Source: Antedon mediterranea (Eukaryota > Animalia > Echinodermata). From it: 64,000 nucleotides of DNA. Where the stretch lies: contig NC_092678.1 of assembly GCF_964355755.1 (NCBI RefSeq), positions 946,422 to 1,010,421 of the forward strand, read 5' to 3'. Below are positions 59,176-64,000 of this stretch, piece after piece (the first letter of the stretch is position 1; every line of letters begins with the position of its first letter). The notes beneath the pieces were generated by a model. That model saw only the letters and a list, made by a program, of their open reading frames with translations. It ran no database searches and was not told the DNA's origin. The position numbers and the translations under genes are program-made.

Positions 59176-60078
59176 CGCCGTGGTTAGGCAGATCTGGGTT
59201 AGGATTCCGGCACCGGAACTCAACTGCCCAGCGTTAGGGAATCCGACACGCTATTGCGCATGTCCAGAGCTCTGGGAAGAAGTGAATTATAGCTTGCACT
59301 AATTCCGGTGCCGGAATCCTAACCACGGCGTTTTTTAATCGCCGTGGTTAGGATTCCGGCACCGGAACTCAACTGCCAACCGTTAGGGAATCCGACACGC
59401 TATTGCGCATGCCCAGAGCTATGGGAAGTGAATAGCTTGCACTAATAGTGCCACACCACACCACCACACCACGGAGAGTCGAAGTGTTATAGGGATTTAC
59501 TGTAGCCTAGATAGTCGTTCCGCGAGCGAGAGAGCGATGGATGAAACTTAGCCTATGCCATACAAGAATTAATAATTAAAATACGACTACGCCACGCGTT
59601 AAAATAATTATAATGATATTATTATTAATAAGTATCAGTATCTATTTTTTAGCGTTGTGACTATGACTTCCCGAACAGTTTTTTCACATCCACGCGGTGG
59701 CTGCCGTCAACAAATCAACTTGTGATTGCATGTTGTATGTACAGTATAATGCGTTATGAAAAATCATAAAACTAGTCATGTAATTATATAATTCATAATG
59801 ATATGAAGTTTATATATGAATGAAGCAACCACTTTTTAATTACAAAATCAATAGGCCCACTGGTCACGTCTAACTGGTAGCCCTAGCTTAGATTAGTGGA
59901 TCCCGTATTAGTAAGTAGGCATCTAGGCTAGTTCGCCGTGTGGCGCAGCTATGAAATGATCCATCGCGGTTGATAAGTATAGAGTCGCCGATTACCTCGC
60001 TCTGGGCATGCGCAATAGCGTGTCGGATTCCCTAACGGTGGGCAGTTGAGTTCCGGTGCCGGAATCCTAACCACGGCG
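59176..60078. mobile_element. Tandem pair of Mutator-like MITEs (59176-59330 internally deleted; 59340-60078 full)
   Basis: ~80-bp TIR cgccgtggttaggattccggcaccggaactcaactg..., with 9-bp TTTTTTAAT at 59167, 59331 and 60079. Confidence 0.85.
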
Positions 60079-60454
60079 TTTTTTAATTAAAGGGTACTGC
60101 TGTAAAAATCAAACAAATAAACTTACCAACTAGGCCTAGGTAGGCTAGGCTACATCTTCTTTCATTACTAGATTTCATCTAATACAGGCGAATTTGGCTT
60201 TTGCTACGCCACCAAGGCACACATGTGCATACTTGCCATCAAGTCCAGGGTGGTGGCAGGCTGCACCTCCTCCTCCTGGTGGTGGTGTGGTGGTGAGCTT
60301 GGCTAAAACTCATCAATTATTCCTAACAAAAACGAAAAAATAATTAAAATACTTACCAGAATATGGTAACAGATACATTTATTAGTATGATATTAAGTAT
60401 TAGATAATTTAAATCTGTAAAAATTGTGAGATTTTAGAAGATTATAAATCATCT

Positions 60455-60830
60455 TACGCAATTTTCAAGGAGAAGCGCTGCGGCGTGGAAGCGAGATGCG
60501 GTGTCACGTGGGTCCAACTGATAATAATGATTGGCTGAAAACGTTTAGAAACATGCGCAGTGCAAGGTTATGAACAGGGGGTGGGGCTAAAAACGCCGAA
60601 AGATGATATGCTAATTTTTATGAAACTTTTTGAGCATGCGTAATAAAGGAATTGAATATGATTGGCTGAGAATTTACCGCAGCGTGACGGCCGTGCCAGT
60701 GACGTGTCTTGCCGGTGGGGCGGGGCTGTTTTCAATAGATTGCGCAGTTCTGTCTCTATTTTTGTGATCAGTGACTGGTTTGTGCGCAAAGAAGGCGGGG
60801 CTTAAGTCTGCCGCCCTCAGTTATTGGTAT
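60455..60830 (-). promoter_or_regulatory. CpG-rich promoter-like region
   Basis: Cluster of CCAAT boxes (gattggctga x2), GC boxes (gggcggggc), TCACGTG, NRF1-like catgcgca and ATGCTAAT. On the minus strand a pyrimidine-rich start is followed by a GTAAGA donor at ~60458. Confidence 0.5.
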
Positions 60831-61221
60831 TAATTCGATTAACGACTTCTCTGATACTGACAAATATCGGTCTGCCGCCCTCTGTAATATTGATAATAAA
60901 GTAACTGTAGATTTAAATATTCGTAATTAATTGCACTGCAAATGAATGAAATTAAAACAAACAAATTACTAATCAATAATTTATCTTTTTATTAAGTGTT
61001 TATATTTGAAATACAAATAGTTGTACATACAATTCCAGCTGGATTATTTAGACTTGTTTGACAGGTTTTCCTGGCGACATCAAATGTTGATATAAAATTT
61101 GCGGTATATATTAGTTCTGAAAAGAACTGTTGAGTTTCTCGACGTTTTGATCAATATGCTTCGATCGTTCTCTGGAGTGAGAATTTTTTTTTTAGTTGAT
61201 TTTGTCTGAATGACAAATTAT

Positions 61222-62897
61222 TCAAACAAAGCCCCCGGATTTGATGACATTTCAGCAAAAGTTGTAAAGGAAGTAAAATACAATATTTTAAAGCCGCTGA
61301 CATATATTTTTAATTTATCACTTCAAACTGGACTAAATACCAGGGAAGTTGAAAATTTCCAAAGTAGTTCCTATACATAAAAAAGGGGACCGCCATTTGG
61401 CCTCAAACTATCGTCCCATATCGCTGTTGCCCATTTTTTCGAAAGTTTTTGAAAAGATTATCCATAATCAATTATACAATTATCTTACAAAATGTAAAGT
61501 GTTAAGCAACAATCAATATGGATTTAGAAACAAACACTCAACTTCTCATGCTATGATCGACTTGGTCCATAGAATATTAAATGCATTTGAAAAAAAGGAA
61601 TATGCACTTACTACCTTTATGGATTTGTCAAAAGCGTTTGACATTATCGATCACAGTATTCTGTTGAGCAAATTGGCGCATTATGGTATAAGAGGCATCG
61701 TTTTAATGTGGTTTAGAAACTATTTAAGTGGTCGCAAACAATATGTTTATGCCAACGGTAGATCATCATGTTTAAAAGACACCAATATAGGGGTGCCACA
61801 GGGTTCTGTTTTAGGACCACTTTTGTTTTTAATTTACATCAATGATATAAGTCGAGCAAGTAGTAAAATAGATATAATTAGTTTTGCTGACGACACAACT
61901 TGTATAACAAGGGGAGATGACCCTACAATGTTAAACCATACTATGAATATTGAACTAGAAAAAATAAACGTATGGCTTAAAGCAAATAAACTGTTACTGA
62001 ATGTCAGCAAAACTAATTACGTTGTTTTAGAACTAACCAAAAGAACTTTGACAAAAACCAGTTTAAAATAAAAATGAATAATGTGTTATTACATAGAAAA
62101 GAAAATGTGACATTTCTAGGTGTAATTTTAAACGAAAATCTGGAAACATCACATACAGCTTATTAGGAAAAAAATGTCTAGGGCAATTGGTATACTTTTA
62201 AAAGTAAGAGAATTCTTTCCTCATAAAGTCCGTATTAGTCTTTATAACACCTTAGTATTACCTCACCTTCAGTATGGTAACTTAATATGGGGAAATACAT
62301 ACAAGAGCACGTTAGAAGTAATACTAAAACTCCAAAAGAGAGCTGTAAAATGCATTACCTTCTCTAAATCCAGACAAGCCTCAGAGCCACTGTTTAAGAA
62401 ACTAAAAATATTAAACGTTTATGATATTTACAAAGTAAACGTCATAGGATTTATGGCAAACGTAAAATTCAATGAATTACCACATCACATTTTAAATATT
62501 TTTAATTACTGTGACAGTATTAGGCCTACTCATAACCTCAGAACAGAAACTGAATTCGAAATTCCCTTCACAAGACTAACTTGCAGTCAACAGTTTATAC
62601 ACATATATGGACCAAAATTGTGGAAAGAATTCACTTGTAATGGTGGTAATAAACCGGTTATCTTAAAGAAACAAAATAAATGTATAAAAAAACAGGTCAA
62701 AAAATACTTGTTATCACTATATGCTGATTAACAACACCTTTGTTTATTTAAGTTCTATATACTTGTTCTTATGTAAAAGGGTCCTACAAAAAAACGAAGC
62801 TACAGCTTTTTTATGCAGGATCCCTGTTTTCAGTTGTACTGTAATTATGATGTACTGTAATTGATGACTAAATAAATGTGGAATAAATGAAATGAAA
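61222..62897 (+). mobile_element. 5'-truncated, frameshifted CR1-group LINE (RT domain)
   Basis: KAPGFD, NYRPISLL, QYGFR, DLSKAFD, GVPQGSVLGPLLFLIYIND and FADDT motifs. Frameshifts near 61340 and 62030-62170. Tail AATAAATGAAATGAAAT. Confidence 0.92.
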
Positions 62898-64000
62898 TTA
62901 CAGATTAAGACAGGCTTGAGCAACAATAGCATTTGTATGCCTAATATGTAGTTTATTTTAAAACATTCAGCAATTTCTTTCAACAAATCTACAATATATA
63001 ATACATTCAATTATTTATTTTTCACAAACAAAAATTAAATATAAATTTTATTTAAATATTGTTTATTTTAGCAAAAGCTTTTAAATATATATGCAAAAAG
63101 AAAAATTATTTCATCAACAATAATATATACATATAATTACAGATTTATGAATAAAAAATAAACACAAAAATAGAATAGTACAGTATATACGTTGCCTTAT
63201 ATAAGGATCTACTTGGGGGCCGCCGCACCAAGGTACTGTTATTTCTAATAACTGTAGTTATAGGCCTTTTTGTACAGAATGATTTCATACGATACAGGGA
63301 TTTCATTGTTTGATCCTAAAGGTCATCATCTTAGTATAAACAGGCCTTTAACCAAAAAACATAAATAGGCAAAGTGTATGGATCAAACATTTAATCACAC
63401 CTACTGTTATAAAGTAATCATTTATTAAATTTATTCAGCAGTTCATTTTTTAATAGATTGTTGATGGCTAGGCCATGTAGAACAGCAGCGGTCTATAGAG
63501 CAGTTGCCCAAGGCTAGGCCTGACCTAGCCTTGGATGATGATTTAAGATAGATTTATTGAATAAAAGTTTAGTCTAGAACAGTAGGTTTGTTATACAACA
63601 ATGAAGGAATGTTCTGAATTTGTTGAACGGTGAAAATATTTGTTGAAAGATTCTCATCATTCAACATATAAACATTGTATAAAAAAACATAAGAATTAGT
63701 ATAGTATAGACCTATAAACATATACAATTTGTTGGACGGAATAATTGAATGGAATCACTGTAGTGGAAGAGAAACCACATACGTATCATTGCATAATATA
63801 GAATTCTATGTAAACAACACTTAAATGTAATATTATAAGGTAAATTATGATGGCCAATTTATCTATCAGTCGTCGAGCTGACAGAGCATGGCAGTACCTC
63901 TCTTAACCCAGTGTCGACTGTCGATAGCAGTTGGTAAATCAAAGCCTAATACAAAGTTGGTAGATAAGCCTGTTGTTGACAGTGTACCACGCCTCTCACT

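Overview
AT-rich eukaryotic (metazoan) genomic DNA with GT-AG introns. The gene repertoire suggests an invertebrate deuterostome, possibly an echinoderm (inference). Host genes: a 4-exon CYP2-clan P450, two complete ST8Sia-like alpha-2,8-sialyltransferases plus the first exon of a third, an intronless KLF15-like gene, CFAP100/CCDC37 (minus) and ATP6AP1/Ac45 (plus). The standout structure is a ~9.1-kb palindrome at 29497-38600. It consists of two copies of a 4.55-kb non-autonomous Gypsy-type LTR element, the second inserted inverted 3 bp from the end of the first's 3' LTR, each with its own 4-bp TSD. The element has no pol and a decayed gag, but keeps one intact GC-rich ORF of unknown function that sits behind a splice acceptor, with a matching donor in the LTR. 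This dimer lies inside a Rex/Babar-like LINE, itself inside a tandem array separating the head-to-head CFAP100 and ATP6AP1 promoters. Also present: a Helitron with an internal 3x1524-bp concatemer, many MITE families, two related satellites, and an unexplained array of conserved inverted-repeat pairs with divergent spacers (55.9-57.3 kb) next to a G-U-rich rod hairpin. Exon boundaries were called by eye and no database searches were run.
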